DNA of 64,000 nucleotides from an uncultured bacterium (lineage in GTDB: Bacteria > Vulcanimicrobiota > CADAWZ01). The stretch lies in the NCBI GenBank assembly GCA_902790465.1, contig CADASF010000006.1, positions 20,964-84,963 of the forward strand, written 5' to 3'. This document shows, piece after piece, positions 10,145-18,988 of this stretch (its first letter is position 1; each line of letters opens with the position of its first letter). The notes beneath the pieces are model-generated. The model worked only from the letters and a program-made list of their open reading frames with translations. It did not search any database and had not been told where the DNA came from. Position numbers and translations under genes: made by a program.

Positions 10145-10780
10145 ATGGAAAAATTAAATGAAATAACAGAGAAAATATCATCGAAATTTACTGGTATAAC
10201 AAATGCAAGAGATGAAATTTTACAACTTCAAAGAGAAGTAATAAGATGTGCATCTCTATCAATAAGAGCAACACATCGTGGAGAATTTGAAAAAGCTAAA
10301 GAGATATTGGCAAATGCTGATAATATGATAGATGGCAAAAGAGAAATTTTTTCAGCATATCCTGAATTATATTATGCTGGTTATTTTCTTGATGCCATGA
10401 AAGAACTCGCAGAGGCTAGGATAACTCTTGCCTTAATAAAAGGGGAAGATATACCAGATCCAGATGAAATCAAATGTGAATATTCTTCTTATGTAAATGG
10501 TATGGGTGAAGCAATAGGTGAATTGAGAAGATATGTCCTCGACAAGATAAGACATGAATCATTTGATGGCGGAGACGAAGTTCTCGATCGTATGGAAGAA
10601 TTATATTGTGTTTTGACATCTCTCGATTTTCCTGATGCAATAACAAGAGGACTCAGAAGAACTGCAGACATAGCTCGCTCGATAATAGAAAAGACAAGAG
10701 GAGATTTGACATTAAATATAGCACAAAAAAGATTATCTGAAAAAATCGATTCTGTCGTTTCAATAACAAAAGAAAAATAA
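10145..10780 (+). CDS. Translin/TRAX family protein
   Basis: SIRATHRG, KELAEA, YVNGMGEAIGELRR, LRRTAD motifs. Confidence 0.82.
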   Translation: MEKLNEITEKISSKFTGITNARDEILQLQREVIRCASLSIRATHRGEFEKAKEILANADNMIDGKREIFSAYPELYYAGYFLDAMKELAEARITLALIKGEDIPDPDEIKCEYSSYVNGMGEAIGELRRYVLDKIRHESFDGGDEVLDRMEELYCVLTSLDFPDAITRGLRRTADIARSIIEKTRGDLTLNIAQKRLSEKIDSVVSITKEK

Positions 10781-10782
10781 TT

Positions 10783-11697
10783 ATGGATATAGATTCTTTC
10801 GTTGTTGATGAAAATTTTGTTGGAAAAAGAATAGATGTATTTTTGGCAGAAGTTACAGAAAATTCGAGAAGCTATATTCAAAAAAGTATATCTTCAGAGC
10901 TTGTAAAACTCAATTCAAAAGTAATATCGAATTGTTCAACAAAATTAAAATTAGGCGATATAATAGAAATACAAGAGCAGGAATTGCAAAAAGATATAGC
11001 AGAACCTGAAAATATTCCTATTGATATTATATATCAGGATTCTGATTTGGTAATTATAAATAAGCCAAGAGGTATGGCTGTACATCCTGGAGCAGGTAGA
11101 TATAATGGAACATTGGTTAATGCAATTCTCTACCACATAAAAGATCTCTCTGGGATAGGTGGTACATTACGACCTGGAATTGTCCATCGACTTGATATGA
11201 ATACATCTGGTATTATTTTAATAGCCAAAAACGACAAAACCCATGATTATTTATCACATCAATTTGAAAATAGATTGATACAAAAAGAATATTTTGCTAT
11301 TGTTCATGGAAAACTTGACCATGGATTGAGGCAAATTGTGGCTCCCATTGCAAGAAATCCTTATAATAAATTGAAAATGGCAGTAAAAGAAGGGGGAAAA
11401 TACTCAGAAACTCTTTTTACTCCACTCGATGTATTTAGATCGTTTTCTTATATAAAAGTACAACCTAAAACAGGAAGAACACACCAAATAAGAGTTCACC
11501 TTTCTTATATAGGTTATCCTATAATGGGAGATCTTTTATACGGAGCTCCAAAAAATAAATATGGCATAGAAGTTCAAATGCTTCATGCTGGTTCTATAAA
11601 ATTTACACATCCAACTTTAAAAAAAGAAATGAAATTTGAAGTTGAATGTCCACAAGATATGAAAAACATTCTCGAAGATTTAAAAAAAGAAAAATAA
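10783..11697 (+). CDS. rluD: RluA-family pseudouridine synthase (RluD-like)
   Basis: S4 domain, INKPRGMAVHP, RPGIVHRLD, TGRTHQIRVH. Confidence 0.9.
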   Translation: MDIDSFVVDENFVGKRIDVFLAEVTENSRSYIQKSISSELVKLNSKVISNCSTKLKLGDIIEIQEQELQKDIAEPENIPIDIIYQDSDLVIINKPRGMAVHPGAGRYNGTLVNAILYHIKDLSGIGGTLRPGIVHRLDMNTSGIILIAKNDKTHDYLSHQFENRLIQKEYFAIVHGKLDHGLRQIVAPIARNPYNKLKMAVKEGGKYSETLFTPLDVFRSFSYIKVQPKTGRTHQIRVHLSYIGYPIMGDLLYGAPKNKYGIEVQMLHAGSIKFTHPTLKKEMKFEVECPQDMKNILEDLKKEK

Positions 11698-11710
11698 TGG
11701 AGGCGTTAAT

Positions 11711-13654
11711 ATGGAAGAAGAATTGGATAATGAAAAAATATTGATGTGTCAAAAATGCAAGGCTGTTGTTGCTATAAATTCTGTTTCTGATGATGTAAAT
11801 CTCACTTGTTGTGGAGAACAAATGATTCCAGTTAACACCGTAGAAGAAATAGAAAATGAGTTTTTAAAATGCAAGGAATGTGGTACTGTTATATGTGTAG
11901 AAGGTTCAGAGCCTGAAGATGGTTCAACTTGCGAATTTACCTGTTGTGATAAGGTAATGGAGTCATGTTCTCCTTTAGATGAAGAGAGAGATGAAGATCA
12001 GATTGTTTTAGTTTGTACAGAAAAAAATACAGTTGTTTCTGTTGTAAGACTTGGTAAAAAAGGCAAAAAATTAAATATCAAATGTTCTGGTATAAAAATG
12101 GAGACAATGAGTGAAGATGATGACATTGAAGAATATGAAGATATATTCTTAAAATGTGAAAAATGTGGAACAGGTATTTTTGTAAATGAAATGCCAATAG
12201 ATGATCAAGATTATTCATTTACTTGTTGTGATCAAGAAATGGTAGAATATACCCCTGAAGATGATGTATGTACATGTGGTTGTGAAACAGAACATATACT
12301 TGTTGAGCCAAAATTAAATGTAGTTGTTTCTGTTCTTGAAGGTGGAGAAAATTGCAGTATCAAATGTAATGGCAATCAACTTATTTCAATAAATGAAACT
12401 GCTTCGTTGGTTTGTAAAAAGTGTGGAATGAATATTTCTGTAATAAATAATGGTGACTTTTTCAAAGAAAATAGAGAATATAATATCTATTGTTGTGGTG
12501 AAAAAATGGAAATAGAAGAACCTCAAAAAGAAATAGAACAAAATAAAGAAGTCCATGAACATCATGAACATGGATGCTGTTGTTGTCATGACCACTCGCA
12601 AGCAGAAGATATAGATGATTTTGACGATGATTTGATATTTTTATATTGTCCAAAATGCCACAAAAGAGTAACCGTAGCAGAGGAACCTAAAAATGGAATA
12701 ATTGATGTTAAATGTTGCGGTGAAAAAATGGTAAATCTTGATGAAGTACAATCTTACACAGGTTATGTTTTTGAATGTAAAAAATGTGGAATAAAAATTT
12801 CAGTCGAAGAAGATTGCTCATGTTTTACAGATGATAAAGAACATGGATTTACTTGTTGTGGTGAAAAAATGGAAATAATTGACATTCCTGATCCAGAAAG
12901 TTGCTCAGGTGATTGTTGTTCTTGTTGTGGCTGTGATGATGAAGCCGAAGAAGAGCATGGCTGTTGTGAAGGTGGCTGTTGTTCATTTGATAATGATGAA
13001 CCTGAAGAGAAAGGGCATGGTTGCTGTGAAGGTGGCTGTTGCTCATTTGATAATGATGAGCCTGAAGATGAAGAAGATTGTTGTTCTTGCGGTTGTGAAG
13101 AAGACAAAGAGTTTTTGGTCTGTACAAAATGCAAAAGGGTTGTATCAGTAATATCACCTTGCAATGATGAAAAGTGTGAAGGTGTTAAATGTTGTGGTGA
13201 AAAAATGCAAAGTTTATCATCACTCAAAGATAATTCAGGTAAATTTTTTAAATGCAAAAAATGTGGAACTGAATACTATATCGATGCTGATTCAATGTAT
13301 AAACACATAGAAGATTATAAAAATATAATCTGTTGTGGAGAAGAAGCAGTTGAAATAGAAAAGGAAGATTCAGAAAATTTTGATGAAACTGCTCCAGATG
13401 GAATTTCATATTTCTGTACAGAATGTGAAAGACTTGTAGTTGTATTTGATGAAAAAGAAGATAAACCACAACCTATCTGTTGTGGCAAAAAGATGGTTGA
13501 TATCAATGAAGTAGAGGAAAGTGAAGGAGAGATGTATGTCTGCAAAAAATGTGGACTTAAACTCATAATAGAAAATCACTGTCTCTGTGGAGTTGCAGAT
13601 GAGCCATGTCAAATGATATGTTGTGGAACTCCGATGAAAATCGTCAAAAAATAG
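11711..13654 (+). CDS. Cys-rich acidic protein with 12 desulforedoxin-like CxxC...CCG..M modules
   Basis: Repeated CKKCG...CCGEKM-type units; GGAGG RBS; His/Cys-rich linkers. Confidence 0.85.
   Translation: MEEELDNEKILMCQKCKAVVAINSVSDDVNLTCCGEQMIPVNTVEEIENEFLKCKECGTVICVEGSEPEDGSTCEFTCCDKVMESCSPLDEERDEDQIVLVCTEKNTVVSVVRLGKKGKKLNIKCSGIKMETMSEDDDIEEYEDIFLKCEKCGTGIFVNEMPIDDQDYSFTCCDQEMVEYTPEDDVCTCGCETEHILVEPKLNVVVSVLEGGENCSIKCNGNQLISINETASLVCKKCGMNISVINNGDFFKENREYNIYCCGEKMEIEEPQKEIEQNKEVHEHHEHGCCCCHDHSQAEDIDDFDDDLIFLYCPKCHKRVTVAEEPKNGIIDVKCCGEKMVNLDEVQSYTGYVFECKKCGIKISVEEDCSCFTDDKEHGFTCCGEKMEIIDIPDPESCSGDCCSCCGCDDEAEEEHGCCEGGCCSFDNDEPEEKGHGCCEGGCCSFDNDEPEDEEDCCSCGCEEDKEFLVCTKCKRVVSVISPCNDEKCEGVKCCGEKMQSLSSLKDNSGKFFKCKKCGTEYYIDADSMYKHIEDYKNIICCGEEAVEIEKEDSENFDETAPDGISYFCTECERLVVVFDEKEDKPQPICCGKKMVDINEVEESEGEMYVCKKCGLKLIIENHCLCGVADEPCQMICCGTPMKIVKK
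12956..13065 (+). repeat. 60-bp coding tandem duplication
   Basis: HGCCEGGCCSFDNDEPE occurs twice. Confidence 0.85.
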
Positions 13655-13664
13655 AAAATAAAAT

Positions 13665-15119
13665 ATGAAATTCGTAATGATTGAAACGGCTGGGCATGTC
13701 GATCATGGAAAGACTTCGCTTGTCCAAGCCGTTTCTAAAAATAATACAGATACACTTCCTGAAGAAAAGAAAAGAGGTATGACCATAGAGACTGGTTTTA
13801 CCTCTTTTAAATTAAATGAAGAAATAACTGCCGTTATTGCAGATGTACCAGGGCATGAAAATTTTATAAGTAATATGCTTATGGGAAGTTGTTTTGCAGA
13901 TATTGTCTATCTTTTGATTGACTCTAAAGAAGGTATAATGCCTCAAACAATAGAGCATTTAAAATTGATTTCACATCTATCACCTAATGCCACAATAATT
14001 GCAATAATTTCAAAAATTGATTTAATTGACCATGAAAGATTAAAAGAATTAAAAGATGAAATTTATAATTTTTTAGTCAAGGAAAAAATCAAAAATTTTT
14101 ATATACAATATTTTTCTGCTATTTCAAAAAGTGGACTTGAAGAAATACTTGATTTAACAAGAAAAATTGCAGTTTCAATAGATAGAAAACAAGACTTTAG
14201 ACCCTTTAGAATGTCGATAGCAAGAGTTTTTTCTTTAAAAGGAATAGGGACAGTTATAACAGGATATCCAATTTCAGGTGAAGTAAATCTAAATTCTAAA
14301 CTTGAATTACTTCCTTTCAAAAAAAGTTGTACAATAAAAAATATACAGATTGCAGGAAATAATGTAAAAAATGCCTCTATAGGTTCTACAATAGCATTAA
14401 ATTTAAGAAATATATCGAAGGAAAATGTTAGGGTAGGAGATACTATTGCAGAGCAGAAGTCTTTTGAACTAAAGATAAAAGCAGTTGCAGATATAAAAAT
14501 AGATAATTCTGATGAATTCAATTCAGGAAAATATATATTTTTTTCAGGAACATTTAAAGATATTGTAAAGATAAAATTTTTAAATGATTCTAAAAAAGAA
14601 TGTACAATATTTTTTAAAGAAAATGTTATATGTGAAGAAGGGGATAAATTTATTTTAAGGACAATAAATCCTCAAAAAACTATAGGATTTGGAACGATAA
14701 CAAAAACTTTTATAAAAAATACAGAAAAAGCAGAAAAAATAAAAAATAATAATAAATTAGAAGATTCAATAAGAAATAAATTTATAAAAGTATTGAAAAA
14801 ATATTCAAATAGTGGAATTGCTTTGGGAAATCTCGAAAAAGAAATAACCATGACTAAAAATAAGTTCTTAAGTTCTATAAAATTATTAGAAAAAGAAAAG
14901 TTATTAAAAATATTTAATAACTTTGTATTATTAAAATCTGATTATGAGGATATAAAAAATAAATTTATTTTATTTCTTAATAAAAGGAAAGTATGTGGTT
15001 TAAATGATATTAGAGAATTGAGTAATGGAGGCAGACATTTTTTGATATCACTTTTGGAAGAATTTGATAGAGATGGAATTACTTTGAGAACTGAAAAAGG
15101 AAGAATTTTAAAAAAATAA
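13665..15119 (+). CDS. selB: Selenocysteine-specific elongation factor SelB (short form)
   Basis: TAGHVDHGKT, EEKKRGMTI, DVPGHE, MPQTIEHL, GIGTVITG; C-terminal winged helix LLEEFDRDGITLR. Confidence 0.82.
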   Translation: MKFVMIETAGHVDHGKTSLVQAVSKNNTDTLPEEKKRGMTIETGFTSFKLNEEITAVIADVPGHENFISNMLMGSCFADIVYLLIDSKEGIMPQTIEHLKLISHLSPNATIIAIISKIDLIDHERLKELKDEIYNFLVKEKIKNFYIQYFSAISKSGLEEILDLTRKIAVSIDRKQDFRPFRMSIARVFSLKGIGTVITGYPISGEVNLNSKLELLPFKKSCTIKNIQIAGNNVKNASIGSTIALNLRNISKENVRVGDTIAEQKSFELKIKAVADIKIDNSDEFNSGKYIFFSGTFKDIVKIKFLNDSKKECTIFFKENVICEEGDKFILRTINPQKTIGFGTITKTFIKNTEKAEKIKNNNKLEDSIRNKFIKVLKKYSNSGIALGNLEKEITMTKNKFLSSIKLLEKEKLLKIFNNFVLLKSDYEDIKNKFILFLNKRKVCGLNDIRELSNGGRHFLISLLEEFDRDGITLRTEKGRILKK

Positions 15120-15125
15120 CAAATT

Positions 15126-15160
15126 TTTACAATATTAACAAGAAATTTACAATATTAACA
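15126..15160 (+). promoter_or_regulatory. Four TT(A/T)ACA hexamers (OmpR/PhoB-family-like site) upstream of TATAAT boxes
   Basis: tttacaatattaacaa duplicated with 20-bp period; hexamers at 15126, 15135, 15146, 15155. Confidence 0.5.
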
Positions 15161-15239
15161 ATTTTTTTTTATATTTTTTTGATATTATAATTTATAATAT
15201 AATCAGAATAAAAATGATTTGAATTTGGAGGAATTAAAT

Positions 15240-16295
15240 ATGGCTTACGGATTGAATTTAATTCAAGCTGGCGGTGCTTGTGCAGCAGGTGGAATGAATA
15301 TTGGTTCACAAATCAACAGCAGTGGTGGCGGATTTGGTTTAGGATTAATTGGAAATGGCGGTGCTTGTGCTCCAACAGGAATGAATATTGGTACACAAAT
15401 TAATGGTGGAACAAATGCACAGAATATAAATGGTGGTTCAAACGGATTCGACCTTTCATCTATGCTTGGCGGAGTATCCTCATTTACTCCTTCTGCAGAT
15501 ATTATGTCCATGGCTGGAGATATGGGTAATACAATCCAGAGTACAACCCAACAAATGATGACCAACCTTCTCGGTGGTATGGGTGGCGGAATGGATATGA
15601 GTTCACTCGGTCTCGGTGGAATGCCAGGATTTGGCGGAATGCAAGGAATGCAGGGAATGCAAGGTAGTGGATTCAATGGTCAGTGTGGTCAGCCTACAAT
15701 GTATGGCATGCTCCAGATGATGATGAAAATGATGGAAATGATGGCTATGATGATCATGATGAACATGATGAATCAGATGTCTCAAGATATGGGTAATATG
15801 ATGGGCAACATGATGGGCGGAGGTCCTGGAGCAGGCGGTTGTGGTGCCTGTGGCGGAGTTGGCGGTCCTAATGGTGCTCAGCAAGCAGGCGGTTCATCAG
15901 GTTCAGCAACAGTAGATCTTGCAAGAAAATATTTAGGTCAGACAACACATGATATCAAAGGTCTCAATAACCTTGATAAATCAATCGGTTACAACCTCAA
16001 CTGTGCAAACTTCGTAAGTGCTTGCTTACAGCAGACAGGAAGACTTCAAGGTCACTACAATGGTTGTAAAGGTCTTGAACAAGCTCTAAAGAGCCAAGGT
16101 TGGAGACAGGTTCCAGCAAATCAGGCTCAGCCAGGTGATGTATGGTTCAATGCAAAGAGAGGACATACAGAACTCGTAGAAAAAGCTGGAAATCCACCTA
16201 CATTGATTGGTTCAAACAATGGTGGCGACAGCATTCAAGAAGTCACCGAAGATAGAGGAAGCGGAAGAGGCGGAGTCTTCTATCACAAAGATTAG
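15240..16295 (+). CDS. Gly/Met-rich protein with C-terminal NlpC/P60-like (papain-fold) amidase domain
   Basis: ATG 15240 after GGAGG; LARKYLG, NCANFVSACL, PGDV, GHTEL (Cys-His dyad). Confidence 0.8.
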   Translation: MAYGLNLIQAGGACAAGGMNIGSQINSSGGGFGLGLIGNGGACAPTGMNIGTQINGGTNAQNINGGSNGFDLSSMLGGVSSFTPSADIMSMAGDMGNTIQSTTQQMMTNLLGGMGGGMDMSSLGLGGMPGFGGMQGMQGMQGSGFNGQCGQPTMYGMLQMMMKMMEMMAMMIMMNMMNQMSQDMGNMMGNMMGGGPGAGGCGACGGVGGPNGAQQAGGSSGSATVDLARKYLGQTTHDIKGLNNLDKSIGYNLNCANFVSACLQQTGRLQGHYNGCKGLEQALKSQGWRQVPANQAQPGDVWFNAKRGHTELVEKAGNPPTLIGSNNGGDSIQEVTEDRGSGRGGVFYHKD

Positions 16296-16318
16296 TTAAA
16301 CTGTTATAAATTATGAAT

Positions 16319-16362
16319 AAAAAAGTGGCTGTGAAAAAGTATCTTTTTTACAGCCACTTTTT
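16319..16362 (+). terminator. Rho-independent terminator
   Basis: aaaaagtggctgt ... acagccacttttt. Confidence 0.75.
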
Positions 16363-16379
16363 ATTTTATATAATCTTCA

Positions 16380-16573
16380 TAAATTAACTCTTTGTGATAG
16401 TTAGTGAAAATAAATAAAATGTGCTACAAACTATCCAATATATGCCTGTATACTGCCATATTGTCATTGCGAGGGAGCTGTGCGACCGTGGCAATCTAAG
16501 CCTGTAAATTATTATTTACTTAAAAATTAAGTCGATCGCCTTTATTTAAAATGCTGTACTCGATCTATTTGAT
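16380..16573 (+). repeat. REP-bearing dispersed element, left flank of CRISPR locus
   Basis: Contains GTCATTGCGAG...GCAATCT hairpin; matches the reverse complement of about 19120-19367. Confidence 0.8.
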
Positions 16574-16791
16574 ATTTTCAATACCGCTTTTTAAATAAAA
16601 GAGGAATATAATAATTAAAGAAAGAAAATTATATTCGTAAAGATTAAGAAAGTTTTGCAAACCTTGGTCTTAATTTTACAAACCTCGGTCTTAATTTTTT
16701 AAAAAGGTAGTTATTAGACAAAAAATAATGTATCATGTTATTTGAAATTTAATGTCTAATAATAATTTTGTAGTATTTTGACCCCGTAAGG
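16574..16791 (+). promoter_or_regulatory. CRISPR leader with anti-repeat
   Basis: AT-rich non-coding region before the first intact repeat; tandem acc(t/c)ggtcttaatttt-like duplication at about 16661-16700; AAGGTAGTTATTAGAC at 16704-16719. Confidence 0.75.
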
Positions 16792-18337
16792 GTCTAATAA
16801 CTACCTTAAATGCCTACTATTGTAGGTATTTTCCATATCATTGCAAAATATTTTAACGTCTAATAACTACCTTAAATGCCTACTATTGTAGGTTTGACAT
16901 CTTGAACGAAATTTATTTTCGTCTAATAACTACCTTAAATGCCTACTATTGTAGGTACCAGTGATAGTATCTAGGAGCTTCTGGTCTAATAACTACCTTA
17001 AATGCCTACTATTGTAGGTTCATAAATTGAAGTCTATCAGAATTTAGAAAGTCTAATAACTACCTTAAATGCCTACTATTGTAGGTCTTCATACATAAAA
17101 GACTTGTCAATCGTTGTCTAATAACTACCTTAAATGCCTACTATTGTAGGTCTAATAACTACCTTAAATGCCTACTATTGTAGGTACTTTGGTACCAGAT
17201 TAAGAATCTTTCAAAGTCTAATAACTACCTTAAATGCCTACTATTGTAGGTTTTTTTAGACGGTACTGTTAAAGTTTGCGTCTAATAACTACCTTAAATG
17301 CCTACTATTGTAGGTTGTTCCATGTAGACAAATTCTTCATTGAGTCTAATAACTACCTTAAATGCCTACTATTGTAGGTAGGTAACACTTTTTACCCTTG
17401 ATCATGTCTAATAACTACCTTAAATGCCTACTATTGTAGGTATTGTTATTTAAACCGTATTATTTATATGTCTAATAACTACCTTAAATGCCTACTATTG
17501 TAGGTCAAAGCCATTTCCAGTCTGATCTGTAAGTCTAATAACTACCTTAAATGCCTACTATTGTAGGTCTTTTGTGTCTATTGCTATGATTTGTGTTTTG
17601 TCTAATAACTACCTTAAATGCCTACTATTGTAGGTAATTGCATGTGAATTTATTTGCAATGATGTCGTCTAATAACTACCTTAAATGCCTACTATTGTAG
17701 GTGAACTATCAATCCTGTAATCAAAATACCGTCTAATAACTACCTTAAATGCCTACTATTGTAGGTATTAAAAATATGACTATTCAAGAAATTAGGTCTA
17801 ATAACTACCTTAAATGCCTACTATTGTAGGTTGAGTAACCCAATTCGGAGTTGTCAAGGTCTAATAACTACCTTAAATGCCTACTATTGTAGGTTTGAAT
17901 GCACCATCATGTGCTCCACAATGTCTAATAACTACCTTAAATGCCTACTATTGTAGGTAAATATTTTTTAATTTTTTCAAGATCATGTCTAATAACTACC
18001 TTAAATGCCTACTATTGTAGGTAACTTCGTCAGCTGTATAAGTTTTCTTAGTCTAATAACTACCTTAAATGCCTACTATTGTAGGTATCCATAACCCCAT
18101 TCTATGGAAGATACGTCTAATAACTACCTTAAATGCCTACTATTGTAGGTAAATTCATAATGGGGACAGGTGTAATCGGTGTCTAATAACTACCTTAAAT
18201 GCCTACTATTGTAGGTTTAGGCATTCTTATTATTGATTGCCAAAGTCTAATAACTACCTTAAATGCCTACTATTGTAGGTTTAGGCATTCTTATTATTGA
18301 TTGCCAAAGTCTAATAACTACCTTAAATGCCTACTAT
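16792..18337 (+). CRISPR. CRISPR array with type V-A (Cas12a-like) repeat GTCTAATAACTACCTTAAATGCCTACTATTGTAGGT; 24 full repeats + 1 truncated; 23 spacers of 26-31 nt
   Basis: Identical 36-nt repeats read directly; 3' hairpin CCTAC-TATT-GTAGG; truncated terminal repeat 18309-18337 supports + orientation. Confidence 0.97.
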
Positions 18338-18948
18338 CTTTTCAACCCCCTAACCCCCATTCTTGGGGGCGGTAGGCGGTGCCAGCCGGCACCTGTGGGT
18401 CGGCTCATCCTCCCTAACCCTCCTTTAGAAGGAGGGAACAGGACTTAAATGTCTATTGTCTTTTCAACTATTTTACCCCAATCTTGGGGGCGGTGTTCGG
18501 GGTCAGCTATACCTGTTTGTAAAAATTACTTGTAATTTTTACTTGGTTTCCTTAGCTTTGGAAGTGGCTCAACCACCCTAACCCTCCCAATGTTTTTCCT
18601 CCTTCATTTATGAAGGAGCATATTTGCTAGAAGGAGGGAACAGGAGTTAAATGCCTAATATCGTATATATCTAACTATAAGGCACCTTCAAAATTGGCTA
18701 CTAATCACTCCAAAAAGCTAATAACTAATTCCTCTCCAAGCTGGAGAGGGGACAATTAAGCTCCTTCAATGAAGGAGAAAAAAAATGGGTGAGGGTGGAG
18801 ACTCTCAGGCTCCGTCAGGAGCCGTCCCCATATATTTCCCTCACATGTTTTTTCTCCTTGCTTGCAAGGAGCTGGATTGACACTGAGGGGTTAGGGGAGT
18901 TGACTCTTTCCTTATAGTTTTCTACCTTAAATGCCTACTGTATTAGGT
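18338..18948. repeat. Cluster of GC-rich REP-like hairpins interleaved with degenerate CRISPR repeat fragments
   Basis: ccctcctttagaaggaggg, ctccttcatttatgaaggag, cctctccaagctggagagg, ctccttgcttgcaaggag; repeat remnants near 18444, 18647, 18718, 18922. Confidence 0.75.
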
Positions 18949-18988
18949 GGTAAAAGAATCAATATTATCACAGATTGGTTAATACTAA

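Noticed and set aside
12386-13612. Several Ser/Gln/His-rich ORFs overlapping the Cys-rich gene
   Set aside because: Shadow frames of a low-complexity coding region
16828-18308. Self-targeting spacers within the window
   Set aside because: None noticed by eye; not exhaustive and needs a BLAST search
18263-18448. 61-aa ORF at the end of the array
   Set aside because: Made of CRISPR repeat, spacer and hairpin DNA; no RBS
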